In this document: piece by piece, positions 18,734-31,908 of the stretch | How positions within the stretch are numbered: the first letter of the stretch is position 1 | Layout of the letters: every line of letters begins with the position of its first letter | Source of the DNA: a virus | Reading direction: 5' to 3' (one strand) | IMG/VR virus record: IMGVR_UViG_3300037071_003688 | Length of the DNA: 64,000 bases | Made by a program: the position numbers and the translations under genes | The notes under the pieces: generated by a model | What the model saw: only the letters and a program-made list of their open reading frames with translations | Told to the model about the DNA's origin: nothing | Databases searched by the model: none

Positions 18734-21700
18734 ATGGCCACCGTTGTCGAAGCGATCGCATCCACCATCGGCTACTCGCCCGGGATCGACGGGCTGCTCG
18801 GTTCTGGCCTGTCGAAGATGCTCGCCTTCCAACAGGCCACTGACATCTGCAAGGCGCTCGGGCTGCCAAGCGACGTCGATGTCGACGTGGTCCGCCGGTG
18901 GGGCAGCGGCGAAGTCATCCACCTCGGCCCGGAGCACCTCGCATGAGCGAGACCCTGTACGAGTTGGTCGTGAGCGGTGAACGCAAACTGTTCCCGCTCT
19001 GGCGTGCCGCTGCCGTCTACGACAACGGCTGGATCGACGTACGGTTCGGCACCATCGTCCACGAGAACGACCAGACCCGCCCGATGACCGACGCCGACCG
19101 CCGACTGGTCGCCGACGCCGCCGACGAGTACAGCGCGAGCAAGTGATGACCCGCCAAGAGTTGTTCTGGATCCTGATCATCAAGATCTCCGTCACCGGAT
19201 TCTTCGCTACCGCGCTCTGGCTGAACTGGGGCCGCAAGTGACCGACTGGCTCCCCGGCGACCTGCGCGTCCAGATCCACCCGTCCGGGCTATCGGTGACA
19301 TGCCGGTACTGCGGCCGGTGCGGTGCCATCATCCCGCTCACGTTGAAGGAACTCCACGACGACTTCCACGGCCGCGCCCCGTTCGACCCGGCAGGCGAAC
19401 CGATGCACGGCCACCCACCCGCCGACATGCCCCCGGAGGTGTCCTGCTCATGAGCGACATGCCGAACGAGGACGAGTTGGACCAGGCGCTCCTCGACGCC
19501 GCCCGGCGCGGGTTCGTGGAGTTCTCCACCATCGAGGAGTTGCCGCACGTCCTCGAACACCTCGGCCCCGTGTCCGGCGGCGACATCCTCATCTTCCGTG
19601 ACCTCGATGACCAGACCCGGGAGGACGCAACCCAAGCGGTGATGGACTACTACGTCGAGGTCGCCCGCGCCCAGAACCGGGTCGAGGTCCGCAGCGTCAG
19701 CGCCGACGTCAAGTACACGGCCGACCGGCTCCCGGTAGCGGCAGCAGCGGTCGTGCCGCTGCTCGTGTTCCTCCCGAGCGGGATCGGGATCGAGCACCTG
19801 ACCGAGTCCGACATGGTCCGCGCCGGATGGCAACGGATCACCAACCCAGAGGAGACCCCGTGAGCGCAGACGGACCGATCTATCACAAGTACGACGTAAC
19901 TCGTACTGACGGGGCGGAGGCCGACCCGGAGTCCAAGCACTTCGGCGGTTGCTTCCTGTTCGTGCTCGACATCGACCACGACCCGTTCGCAGCGAAGGCA
20001 CTGTCGGCCTACGCCGAAGCGTGCCACCGCACGCACCCGGAGTTGGCGTCCGCTCTCCGCGGTGCGCTTATCGAGCGCGACCTCCCCCGACCCCATGAGT
20101 AAGTCGACGTGGCACGTCACTGTCGAGATGGACGACGGCGAGGTGTGGGCAACCGAACTACTCCACGTCACCGGCGGCATGAAGGAAGCGTCGTTCCGGG
20201 CCGCGAAGATCATCGAGGGCCGCTACGGCACCGGCGAGACCGGGATCAAGACGTTGTTCGTCGGGATCACCCTGCCCGAAGGCGCGCTCGACCTGGGCGT
20301 CAAGCCATGAGTGAGCGTCCACTGCCACGCGACTCCGACCCGGTCGCCGGTCTCTGGTTGCGCTGGGAGATCGTCGGCGGCGAACCGGTGTTGAAGATCG
20401 ACCAGGACGTGACGGGCGGGATGACGCTGTACACAGCGGAGGCGCTCGCTCACGCCATCCTGTACCAGACTGCTCTGCTCAAGGCGAACGTCGACGCCCC
20501 GTTCGACTGGGGACGCTTCGAGCCGCCGTGGGAATGTCCCGTTCCAGGCTGCTCCGAACCGACCGGCCAACGGCACAAGCACATGGGGGTGGTGCGATGA
20601 CACCAGGCCAGATCCAAGGTTCGATTGACGAGATCTGCGAAGGACTCGACGCTCAACGCGCGGCGTACATCTCGGCCCGCGGTTCGGACCACACGCAGCA
20701 ACCGTTCACCATCACGTTCGACCCGGACGTCACGAACTACGAGGAGATGACCCGCATCCTCGAAACGGTCCGCGCCCGCTACCCGCAGTGGCGCATCAAG
20801 GGAGAGTGGAAGACATGAGCCTCGACTACACCCACTTCAACACCAAGCTCTGCGAGGTGCTCGGCCTCGACGTGACCAAGGTCGCGAGCCTCATGATCGT
20901 CGCCACCGGCGAGGAGACCACCATCAACGTCGAATGGGTCGCGCTCGATGATCACGGCGAACTCGATAACTGGCACCAGAAGTACCGGATCGTCCCCCTC
21001 GACCCGCACGATGCCCGCGGGGTCTACGACCGTGGCGTGATCGCCGATGAGTAACTGGTGGGTCGGATACGTGGTCGGCGTGTCGGTCGGTGTGGCAGGG
21101 ATGCTGTTCGGCGCGTACGTCTGGGGCTACATAGAGGGACTCCGCGACGGACGACGGGAGCGTCATGAGTGACGATCTGAACCCGACCGAGTCCGAGGCG
21201 TCCGAGGACGTCCACTGGTGGTTCGGTCTGAGCTACTCGTCTTACCTGTGCTGCAACCGGTCCCTGTTGCAGTCGATGCCCGACGAATGGCAGGCCCGGT
21301 TCGTGCAGTGCATGATCGAACTCCGCGACCACTTCCCGAACATCAACGAACCGCAGTACACCGTCTACGCCCGCTCCGCTGACGGCCGGTTCATCAAGGA
21401 TCCGATCCCCAACTACAACCGGGGCCGCACCTTCATCGCCTCGACCGATCATCACGGTTGACGGTCACCCGAAAGGGGTACGGTCGACCATGCTCGCAGA
21501 CATCATGTCGAAGCCCGATCTCGCGGAGGCGTGCTTCCTCGTCGCCGTGATCGTGTTCGCGGCGGGGTTGCTCATCAGCCTCTCCAAGACCTCGCCGCTC
21601 AAGGCGTACGACCGGGTGATCGAGTACACCGGCCTCGCGATCCTGGCGTTCGGCTTCCTCGCCCTGTAACGTCCGCTCCCATGAGCGACGCACCTGACGC

Positions 21701-21773
21701 ACCCGACACCGAGGAAGCCCCGGACGGCGACGAGACGCCGGACACCGAGGAGACCGCGCCCGACGACGAGTGA
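18734..21773 (+). other. cluster of small hypothetical genes (e.g. 19450-19863, 19860-20102, 21165-21461, membrane protein 21490-21669)
   Basis: Contiguous short + strand ORFs; no portal or capsid homolog recognisable. Confidence 0.55.
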
Positions 21774-21792
21774 TCGCCGGGGAGATCCCCCG

Positions 21793-22017
21793 ATGCCAGC
21801 CAAGCTCGTCAAGTTCTCCGTGCCCGACGCGGTGTACGACCACCTCGCGGCGCGTGCCGCCGCGCACGAGCAGACCGTCAACGAGTACGTCCGCGCCCGA
21901 CTGATGGCGTCACTCACCGCCAAGCAACCGGCCGACTCCGGGACCCTGCGACCATCGCGTCCGCGGACCGTCGAGCCACGCTGGAAGCAGAAGGACATGC
22001 CCAAAGCCAAGGCGTGA
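21793..22017 (+). CDS. ribbon-helix-helix DNA-binding protein
   Basis: VKFSVPDAVYDHLAARAAAHEQTVNEYVRARL. Confidence 0.65.
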   Translation: MPAKLVKFSVPDAVYDHLAARAAAHEQTVNEYVRARLMASLTAKQPADSGTLRPSRPRTVEPRWKQKDMPKAKA

Positions 22018-22053
22018 ACTCTGTTGACAAACCGGGGACAACCTGTGCATAAT
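22014..22053 (+). promoter_or_regulatory. class I promoter with operator-like half site
   Basis: GTGAA-N5-TTGACA-18-CATAAT. Confidence 0.8.
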
Positions 22054-22061
22054 AATGGTGC

Positions 22062-25000
22062 ATGGGAACCACCACGACGAACGTGTACGCCAAGGACTTC
22101 AAGCGCGGTGACCGGCTCGCGTCCGGCTCCACCATCCTCGGCTACCTGAGACTCGCCAAGGGCGGCATCGCCTACATGGTCGAGACCCCCGGCGGCGCCC
22201 GCCGCGAACTCGTCTTCGACGGCCGTCGCAAGTACGCCATCGTCATCGAGACCGACTGAAAGGAAACCACCACATGGTCAAACCCAAGACATTCATCGTG
22301 ACTCTGCGAGGCACCGAGATCACCGACTTCGGGTTCCGCCTCCGGATCGACCTGACCGGCAAGCTCCCCGGCCCCACCAAGTTCGAGACCACGATCACGA
22401 CCCCCGACGAACTCGACGCAGCGATCGACGCCATCGTCGCCGCCGCCGACCGCCCGGAAGGCACCGAAACCTTCCCGGTCAACGGGTTCTACATCTCGGT
22501 CGACCCGAAGGCCGGTCGCTGGCCCGCCGGGTTCAAGGCCCGCTTCGACAAGTCCCTGACCCGGCGCTTCGAGACCATCGCCGCCTAGTCAAGACTGTTG
22601 ACAAACCGCAGACAACCTGCGCATAATACTGGTGTGAGGAAGGGTCCTCACAGGAAAGGAAACCACCACCATGTTGTTCACCGTTGGCTCCCGCTGGCGG
22701 GAGCGGTCGGGCAACGAGTTCGTCGTTGTCGGCAGGCTCGACAACGGCGCCCTCAAGGTCCGGTTCGACGGCGGCTGGACCCTGTTGCTGGCACCGTCCG
22801 AGCGGTTGAAGTGGACGGCGGTCGTCACCAACGACGAGTTCGCGGTGGCGGCATGAGCGTGGACGAACTCTGGATGCTCGTGCTCGCACGACGCGCCGAA
22901 ACCCCGACACCCACCGAGGAGGATGAATGACCGTGTACGGCCTCTACCGAGGCAACCCGAACGAGATCGGCATGATCGCCCCGAGCAAGGCTGCCGCCGC
23001 CACCATGCGAGCGATGTTCGGCCCCGCCTGGAAGGCCCGCAAGCTGACCGCCGCCGAGGCCAACGACCCGTGGGTCCTGGCCGAGATCGCAACGCTGACC
23101 GCCGAGGGAGTGTGGAACGCATGAACCGGGCCACCTACAACCGGGTGAGCGTCGGCGGCGACAACTCCAATGCCGATCTCATGAACGCCGCCCGCTACGC
23201 CATCCTCGCCAACCTCAAGACCGCCAAGGCCCGCTGGGTGATCGGCACGGCGCTCGACCTGTTCAGCCCCGAGAACGTCTACATGGACGGCGAACTGTTC
23301 TCCTACGGGAGCGAACGATGAGAGCACCGATCCCCCGCTACCACGACGGCTGGGACAACGGTGTCGCCTGGGTGCGCTCCGAACTCGGCAAGCGTGACCG
23401 GCCCGGCCGCTGGGCGCGAGCCGCACTCGCCAAGCTGCGGGCGGCGACGCCGTCCGGTTTGCGCGACGACTTCGGTTGGGGCTTCAAGGACGGCGCCGCG
23501 ACCACGCTCGCCAACCACCTCTACACCATCGACAACCTGGAAGGAACCGAATGACCACCCGAGAAAGCAAGACCCCACCGAGGGTCGCCACCGTCACCGC
23601 CCGCGCCAAAGACGTCGAAGTCAGCGGCACCGACCGGGCGCCGATCGTGATACCCGCCACCGCCGACAAGAAACACCCCGAACGTCTCGCCGCCGCGCTG
23701 CGAGGCTTCCTCGCTGACGCTTTCGTCGCCGGGTACGACAGGGCGAACGCCGACATGGCGATGATGGACGGGAACGACGAATGAACGTCAAGATCGAGTT
23801 CAACGTCGAGCCGACCGATCGGACACGGCTCGCCATCGCCCGGCTCACCGGCCGACGCGCCGAAGGGCTGGCGTCACGTGACACCGTCAAGCTGTTCTTC
23901 AAGACGTACGGGCTGAACGGCTACGAGTTGATCGCCGAGGAGATCGGCCGCATCAACGAGGAAGCTGCCCGGATCGCCAAGTCTCTCGCCACGGAAGGGG
24001 CATCATGACAACCACCACCCGCACCCGAGTCACCAAGCGCGAGGCCGAGCGCACGCTCAACGCCGTGAAGCGCATGTTCCGGGCGTACATCTCCGAGGGC
24101 TACGGTCCCGAACTTCGCAAGGACTGGGACTGGGGCTGGACCACCGAGGCCCATTACGACTGGGCGATCGTCTGGGAAGACGGCTCGCCCTACGACTGGA
24201 CGTACCTGTTCCCCGGCGGCGGCATAGACGAGGAGTTCGGCTTCCGCCACACCGAGGTCGAACTGCCCGAGGGTGTCTGGACCGAGGCGATCACCGGTTG
24301 GGCGCTCGCCATCTACCCGAAGGACTGGTGACCGATGAACGCTGAACTCCGCTCCCTCATCCGGCTCCGCGACGCTGCGTTGCGGGATCTCGACCGGGCC
24401 GACCGGATCGACAAGGGGAGCCGCTGGCTCACGCACCCGGACGAGATGCGCAGCCTGTCAGCCCGCTTCCACGAACTCGACGCCCGGGTCGAGGCGATGG
24501 GCGAGTCACCATGATCCTGTTCGGCTGGATCGTGGAAGCACTCACGATCGACTTCCTCATCTTCGATCTCATCCACCACCTACGAAAGGCACACCACTGA
24601 TGGACCCAGAGGCAACACTTGCGATCGTCAACGACGAAGCCGCCACATCGGATGAGCGTGACTTCGCTGCGCTCGACCTGCTGGTCTGGCTCGCCAAGGG
24701 TGGCGTCCTGCCCCCGATGGAGGGGCTGCGCCCCAAGGCTGATCTGATCGAACGCTGCGAGAGTCGAGTGATCGGCGCCATCGAGGGCTACGAGGAACGC
24801 TGATGCCCGAGCATGACCTGCCACCCGCCTGGGACATGGAACACGAGTTGTACCTCCGAGCCTGCGAAGGCGTCGACTGGAACTACTCGGAGACCTTCAC
24901 CGACCCGTGGGTCGACTACTGCGACTACTGCGAACGCGAGGGCCACACCTTCCGCTCCTGCCCCGCCCGCGACGACGACCCCGACTACTCCGAGGAGGAT

Positions 25001-27718
25001 CCCGATGCCTGACCGAACCGCCAACGATCGCCGGATGACCATGAACGACCTGTGCGACGAGATCTTCAACTCGCGCCTGCCCGGCTACCAGACCTGCCCG
25101 CCGTTCCCCGGCATGTTCCGCGAGCCGCCATGCGAATGCCACGAGTGCGGCGCCCCGCTCGAATCCGGTGACGAGACCCACTGCGAGGACTGCTCGTGAC
25201 GACTGAGCCGAAGGTCAACCGAGTCATGCGCAACACCGGCAAGGTGAAGGGGGCCATCGAGTGGCCGATCGCCTGGGCCGAATGGGACGCTCTCCCAGCG
25301 ACCGTGCGCGAGCGAGTCCGCGACCTGCTGGACGAGGCCGTCGATCTCGTCACCGCGTACGCTGCCGACCCCGCCGGGTGGCGGCGATGAGCGACTACGT
25401 CGAACTCACCGGCGACGACCTGCCGTACCATTTGCGCCCCGACGCGCCCCCACTCGCGACCTGCGACCGTTGTGGCCGGGCCACGTGGTCCGACGAGGTC
25501 CTCGACGGCGACTTCGATCTGATGACCCAACCTGACGGGATGGCGTGCGGGGGCCGGTTTCGCCGTGGGTAAGCGCGTCACGCAACGCAAGCTCTTGCGC
25601 GCCTCGATGGCCATGAACGCGCTGGCGGAGTGCGAGGACGCCGACGAGGTGTTCTGGCGGTACCACGACGCGGTCGTGCCGAAGTGGGACAAGGACGGCT
25701 ACCAGCAGTCCACGATCATGCTGCTCGAACGTGACCTGCCATCGACGCGGCTGCTCGTGCTCATGGGCAACCACCTGGCAGTGATGGCCGTCCCTGACGG
25801 CGATGTCCCTGGTTACGAGCCGCCGCCGACCTGAACTGTCGCCGCGCTCAACTACAGTCGACCTGTCCAGTTGAGGAGGGCACTTGAGCATCAACCGAAA
25901 CCTGCGAGCCGTCAGCGACGAAGTCCGAGAACTCTGCCACTACCGGCACATGTGGGACCGCGTCGACTCGAACCATTGGACAGCCACCCGCGGCGACCCG
26001 CTGACGCTGCGCTGCATGAGATGCGGCACCGAGTTCCGCGCCCAGATCACACCGGGAGGCCAGTACGCCGGTCACCCCCGCTACGTGTACCCGCGCGGCT
26101 ACCTGTACGACCGCACCGAGCACCGCCTCACACACGCCGAACGACGAGCGTTGATCGTGCGCCAAGCGATCTTCACGGCCCGCAAGAACCGAACCACCAC
26201 GAGGAGAGCATCGTGACCATGACTGATTTCCCACCCTCTGCCGACTGGGACGCGGGGCTGCCGCCGCCCCTCGACATCACCGCCCCGCTCACACCGGACG
26301 GCAAGGTCCCATGCCCGGTCCCGGGCTGTAGCGACCGGGTGACGAAGAACGCGCTCGGCCCGCACTTGAAGATGCACCGCAACCGTCAGGACCCGGGCAC
26401 CCCGCCACCGAAGTACAAGTCGAAGGCCAAAGCCGCCGCCGCCGCCGCCGCGAAGGTCAACGACGCGCCAGTGAAGCGTGCGTACACGCCGCGCGCGAAG
26501 CCGAAGCTGACCCCGGCCGACGTGGTCGACGGCGTGCTCACCATCCTGTTCCCGGTGAGCATCCCCACCGGCATGGCGCGCGAGGTGGCAGCCTGGATCG
26601 CAGACACCGAACGGCTCGCCGCCGCCGCGTTGGCCGACCAGGCTGAACCCGAGTCACCATGAGCTACGACACCCTGTTCGGACTCCGCGAGCGAGTCGCC
26701 GCGAACCTCGACCGGGCCGTCGCCACCGTCACCATCGGCGAGGAACGCTTCCTGTGGGAGATCTCGTTCCCGCTGCAACCCCAGATCCAACAAGCCCCGA
26801 ACGGGCAACTGGCGATGGCCGTCACACTCGGCGGCTGGGTGATTCTCAACTGCCCGTCACCGATCCTCGGTGACGCGTCGATCACGTCCGGCGCCCTGTT
26901 CGATCTCCGCCGCCTCGCCGACGACGAACAGACCGCCACTGAGGTGGTCCGCCAACTCGCCACCAATCTCCGCGAGGCCGTCGCCCAGAAGATCGCGCTC
27001 GACAACCCACCCGACCTACGGATGCCACCACCCGACCTACGGATGCCACCCCTCCCACCGGGTTGGTCGAGGCACGGATGAGCACCGACGATTGGAGAAA
27101 CGACATGCTCGAAACGATCCCGTCCCCCGACATGGACAAGCCTGACCTGCCGCGCTCGATCATCGCGCTGCGCGACGGCACCGCCCCGCCACCACCGAAC
27201 GCCGGGGTCGCGCGCGCCGCCCGGATGGACAAGATGGCAGCCGATGACGTCAAGCTGACCGACTTCCTCGCCGACCTCGCCCGCTACATCGACCATGCCG
27301 ACAAGGCCGAACTCGTCGGCGAGGACTGCGGCCCGCACATGGCGAAGCTCATCCGCGCCGAACGCGACCGGCTCGCCGCCAAGCAGGTCAAGCTGCGCGA
27401 GGAACTCGCCTACCTGCGGAGCATCTCGTGAGCCTCGGCGGCGCCGACCCGACCAAGAGCTACCACATCCAGTTCGACTACCGCGGTGTGCTCGTCGCCA
27501 TCGAGAACGAAGGGGACCCCGGCCGGACGTTCGGCCCTGACGCCTGGATCCTCGTCAACGCCCACGAATGGGCACGTGCGCAACGATCGGTCGCGTTCCT
27601 GCAAGCCATCCACGAACGAGCCAACGAGATCCCGAACGCGCCCGCCGCCACCAAACCGTCTCGCACGTATCGGGCGCCCGTCAAGCGTCCGGCCAAGCCG
27701 AAGGCGGCGAAGTCATGA
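22062..27718 (+). other. early-type accessory region with about 20 small hypothetical genes (e.g. 22274-22588, 24005-24331, 25884-26216, 26659-27081)
   Basis: Short coupled ORFs downstream of class I and class II promoters. Confidence 0.55.
22588..22627 (+). promoter_or_regulatory. class I promoter with perfect GTCAA-N5-TTGAC palindrome
   Basis: GTCAAGACTGTTGACA-18-CATAAT. Confidence 0.85.
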
Positions 27719-28356
27719 GACGCCTCGTCGTACTGTTCGCGCTGCTGCTCACCCTCCTCCCCGGTCACGCGTTCGCGGACGTGGAACGCGGTGACCGGGG
27801 ATCTGAGGTGACCGAAGTTCAGACCATCCTCAAGGGCTACGGGTATACCGTCGTGGTCGACGGCACGTTCGGCCCCCAAACCGAGAAGGCGGTGCGCTCA
27901 TGGCAGAAGTCGAATGGTCTAGTGGTGGATGGAATCGTCGGACCCGCGACCCTGGCCTCTCTCCGCGGTGCCGTGCGCGTCGGCAACGCCCAGGTCGTTA
28001 CTGGCCTCAATGGGCTGCCGTTCGCACCCGCTGGGTTGAGTCCCTGTGACGAGATGTCGTTCTACCGGCAGCAAGCCGGGCTGCCCGACGTGTTCGACGC
28101 GCTCGGCTGGCGCGAGTCGAACTGCAACAACCGCGAGGGCGCCAAGTACAACACCTGGTGCTGCTACGGCTACTGGCAGAACTTCATCTCGTCGCATCTG
28201 TCACGCCATAGCGCCTACCGCGTCCCGATCATCGAGAAGTGTCAGGTCACCGGCGTCGAAGACATCAACTCGGACGTGCCGCTCGACAAGCAGAAGCAGG
28301 CGTGCGTCACCTTCATCCTGTACTCGATCTCCGGACTGACCCCCTGGCACACATGA
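27715..28356 (+). CDS. secreted peptidoglycan-binding protein with lytic-transglycosylase-like C-terminus
   Basis: Signal peptide ending AFA; PG_binding_1 motif GDRGSEV..VQ..L...DGTFGPQTEKAVRSWQKSNGLVVDGIVGPAT; WRESNC catalytic-Glu motif; YGYWQ; C-terminal GLTPW. Confidence 0.8.
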   Translation: MRRLVVLFALLLTLLPGHAFADVERGDRGSEVTEVQTILKGYGYTVVVDGTFGPQTEKAVRSWQKSNGLVVDGIVGPATLASLRGAVRVGNAQVVTGLNGLPFAPAGLSPCDEMSFYRQQAGLPDVFDALGWRESNCNNREGAKYNTWCCYGYWQNFISSHLSRHSAYRVPIIEKCQVTGVEDINSDVPLDKQKQACVTFILYSISGLTPWHT

Positions 28357-29595
28357 CCCGAGATGACCGGACCGAAGCGATCGCCCGCTGGGCGTTCACC
28401 GCGTTCGTCACCATCGTCGTGATCGGCTGGATCCTCTGGGGGTGGCTGACGTGACGACTCGTTTCCGCGACGAATACGAACAGACCTGGACGCCGCCGCC
28501 GACCCCGGCGCCCGGCCAGATCTGGGAGCGTGCCGGGCACCCAAGGTTCCAGGCGTTGCGGGTCGAGGCATTCGTCCCTGAGACCAGTCTCGGCCAACTC
28601 GTCGTGTTCACGTGGTGCGCCGTCACCGGGGGCCACGCCAACGTCGAACACGTCGAGGTCTTCCTGCGCCGCTCGACGTACCTCCACGGCGGACCATCGT
28701 GATCGCCGAAGCCCTGCCGACCGCCACCAAGATCCTGTTCGGCCTCGTCGCGATCGGACTCGTCGCCCCGGCGCTCTACAACGTGTTCAAGGCGACACCG
28801 GTCCGCGACCGGCACTACGACCGCAACCGGTACCGGCACAACAAGCCCGTCGACGTGAAGCGGTACCGCAACCTGTGGGTGGTCGACAGAGAGGACACCG
28901 ATGACGATCAATGAGATGCCCACCTGCTACATCGTGACGTTGCTGCCGCTCGACAACCCGAACTGCTCGATCTGGTCGTTCAACGTCGAGTGGTGCGGCA
29001 AAGCATGGAACGGCGACCCGAGGTACGCCGACCGGCAGTGGGCGGTGCGCCGCATGGGCGCCTGCCTGTCACGCGGCGGCAAGATGACCTACGAGCCGCA
29101 GCCGTCATCGCGGACCGCCGGGTTCTACAAGAACCATCGCTTCACGCTCGATGAGGCGCTCGCCGCCGCCCGAAAGCACGTCGGCAAGATCGTCGTCAAC
29201 GGCATGACCGCCGCCGACGTCGCATGAGGAAGCACACCATCGAGGAGAAACGCGAGGCGATGCGCCAATCGGCGAACTCGTCGCGGGCGACCGCCGACGA
29301 GATGGCCGCGATGTATGGCGGCTGCGACGACCCGCTGCACCCGTTCATGCGCTTCGACCCGCAACCATTCCGGGACTGGATCGACTTCCACGACCGTGTC
29401 ATTGTCCCGCTCGCCACGAGCGACATCGACACGGTCGTCCAGGAAGCGATGCGGCTGTACCGGCAAGCCAACCCGCACTTCATCGCCGCCTGCTTCTACC
29501 TCGCCGCCCGCTCCAACCCGAGCCTGGTCGACTGAACTGTCGCCGCTCTCAACTACAGTCACCACAACCCACGACACCCGGAGAGGTTCAACAAC

Positions 29596-30291
29596 ATGAA
29601 GCGTCTGCTGGCGGCGATCGGAATCACGATCGGTGCAACACTCATCTCAGCGGGGACGGCCTCGGCTCACACCCCGAACGTCCACGACGAATGCGACGGC
29701 CTGTATGTCGTGCTCACCAACTACGAGTCGACCGCCGGTGACGCGTTCAACAACAAGGTCACCATCACAATCGACGGCGTCGCCACCGACTACGAGTTCG
29801 ACGCCTCGTTCTCCCGGACCGACTCGTGGACCCAGTTCGCTCCGCACACCTGGTCAGTCGTGATCGACGCCAACCGCAACAACGGCAACACCACGCAGTA
29901 CGACGTCAGCTACCAGGGGACCCAGACCCCGTGCCAGCCGACCACCACGGCGAGCACGACCACGACCACGACCACCACGACGACGCTGGCGCCGACGACG
30001 ACGACCACCGAGCCGACGACCACGACGACATGCCCCGACTGCGTGATCAACACCGTCGTGATCACCGAACCGACCACCACGACGACCGAGACACCGACCA
30101 CGACGATCATCGTGAGCACCGACGAGCCTCCGCTCCCAACGACCACGACGACCACCACCACGCTGGCGCCGGTCACGACCCCCGGCGCGCTGCCGCCGAC
30201 CGGTGGAGGTAACTCGAACGTCGCGATCGTCGCCGCCATCGCGGTCATCCTCGGCGTCGGATCGCTCGTCCTCGCACGGCACCGCTCATGA
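29596..30291 (+). CDS. secreted Thr-rich LPXTG cell-wall-anchored protein
   Basis: Signal peptide ending ASA-H, poly-Thr stalks, LPPTG + hydrophobic helix + RHRS tail. Confidence 0.8.
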   Translation: MKRLLAAIGITIGATLISAGTASAHTPNVHDECDGLYVVLTNYESTAGDAFNNKVTITIDGVATDYEFDASFSRTDSWTQFAPHTWSVVIDANRNNGNTTQYDVSYQGTQTPCQPTTTASTTTTTTTTTTLAPTTTTTEPTTTTTCPDCVINTVVITEPTTTTTETPTTTIIVSTDEPPLPTTTTTTTTLAPVTTPGALPPTGGGNSNVAIVAAIAVILGVGSLVLARHRS

Positions 30292-30861
30292 GCAGCTACA
30301 AGACCGACATCGTGCTCGGCGACCGCTACGTCGATGAGCAGACCGGCTATGACGGTGTCGCGTCCGCGGTCACCTTCTACCAACACGCCTGCGAACGCGT
30401 CGTGTTGGAGTCGTACGACGCGTCACGTCGCGAGGTCAAAGAGGTCGTGTTCGACGCCCCTCGGCTGACGTCAATCGAGACCCGAGAGACGGCGACGAGC
30501 GCCCGCCCCGGCGGTGATCGGCCCGACACCTCACGACCTGCTGACGGGCGCCGATGAGCGACACGTTCTCCGTGTACCCTCCCGGGACCACCCGGGAGGA
30601 GATGGACAAGGCCAGCGGCTACGTCGCCAACGAGTTCGAGTGGGCAGCGACCCAACTCAATAAGGGCGACCAGTGCTGGTTCCGCAAACGCAACGGCCGC
30701 TTCGGCACGGGCGAGGAACTCGGCCCGTGGAAGTGGGGCACGTACCTGTCGAGCTACTTCTACGACGGCATGATCGCCCGCGTTGCCGAGGCCGACCCGG
30801 ACGATCTGATCGAGCACTCGCTGTTCCTCGACCTCGGCGACCAGATCTCGGCGACGCGACC

Positions 30862-31260
30862 TTGAGCGATTGCGTGTTCTGCGACATCGTGAAGGGTGAC
30901 GCCCCCGCCGAGATCCTTTACAGGTTCAAGCGTCCATCCCGGGGGGCTGGACGGCCCGAGGAGCCGATCTGCATCGCCGTCACACCGCTCAACCCGGTCG
31001 TGCCGGGGCACGTGCTGATCATCCCCGTCGAACATGTCGCCGACTTCACCGAAAGTATCCGCGTGACAGCCGATGCGATGGTGTGCGCAGCGAAGTACGC
31101 CCGCCATCACCGCATCGAGAACTGCAACTTGATCACCTCGCGCGGCGCGGCAGCGACGCAGACCGTGTTCCACCTCCACGTCCACCTCGTGCCCCGCACC
31201 TACGGCGACAACCTGCATCTGCCGTGGACCGTGCTCCGTGAAAGCGTGACCATCGAATGA
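30862..31260 (+). CDS. HIT-family nucleotide hydrolase
   Basis: CVFCDIV, PGHVLIIP..H, QTVFHLHVHLVPR histidine triad; TTG start overlapping the upstream stop. Confidence 0.9.
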   Translation: MSDCVFCDIVKGDAPAEILYRFKRPSRGAGRPEEPICIAVTPLNPVVPGHVLIIPVEHVADFTESIRVTADAMVCAAKYARHHRIENCNLITSRGAAATQTVFHLHVHLVPRTYGDNLHLPWTVLRESVTIE

Positions 31261-31908
31261 ATCCGACCTGCGGCAACTGCGCGTTCTCGGCCCGCCCACC
31301 AGACCAACGGCCCCCGTACCGGATCGTGTACCAAGGCGCGCTCGAATGTCACCGCTACCCGCCGATCGTCGCCGGGCACACACTGATGGAGCATCCGATG
31401 TCGAACGTGCTGCCCGGCATCATGTTCCCCCAAGTCGACCCGACCGACTGGTGCGCCGAGCACCAACTGGCCCGAGGCCGCAACAGGAAGATCCCCCTCG
31501 ATTGAGACGCCTCGACATCCCCCGGGCGCGCCGCTACCCGCGGCGACCAATCCGCCGACCGATCGCCGAGTTCTGGACGATGACATTCCCGACCCCCGGC
31601 ACGTGGAGCACGACAGCCTGGATCGAGGCCAAGATCCCGCCACCATCGAACGAACAGTTCATGCTGGTCAACGGGTGAACGACATCGAGGTGATGATCGG
31701 CGACGTCCCGTCGTGCCCGACCTGCGGTCACTTCGCGTGCGTCTGCACGATCAACGCCCAACACGACGAGGACTGCAAGTTCCGGCGCGCCGCCGCCGGG
31801 AACGTCGCCATCGAATGCGACCACGGCCACGATGTCTGCCCGATCTGCGATCCCTGCACCTGCGAAAGTCGTTGAACTTTGGACCGATCCGGATGCGACG
31901 ATTGAGCG

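Noticed and set aside
29940-30180. ACC/ACG microsatellite as a DNA-level repeat element
   Set aside because: It encodes the poly-Thr stalk of the LPXTG protein.
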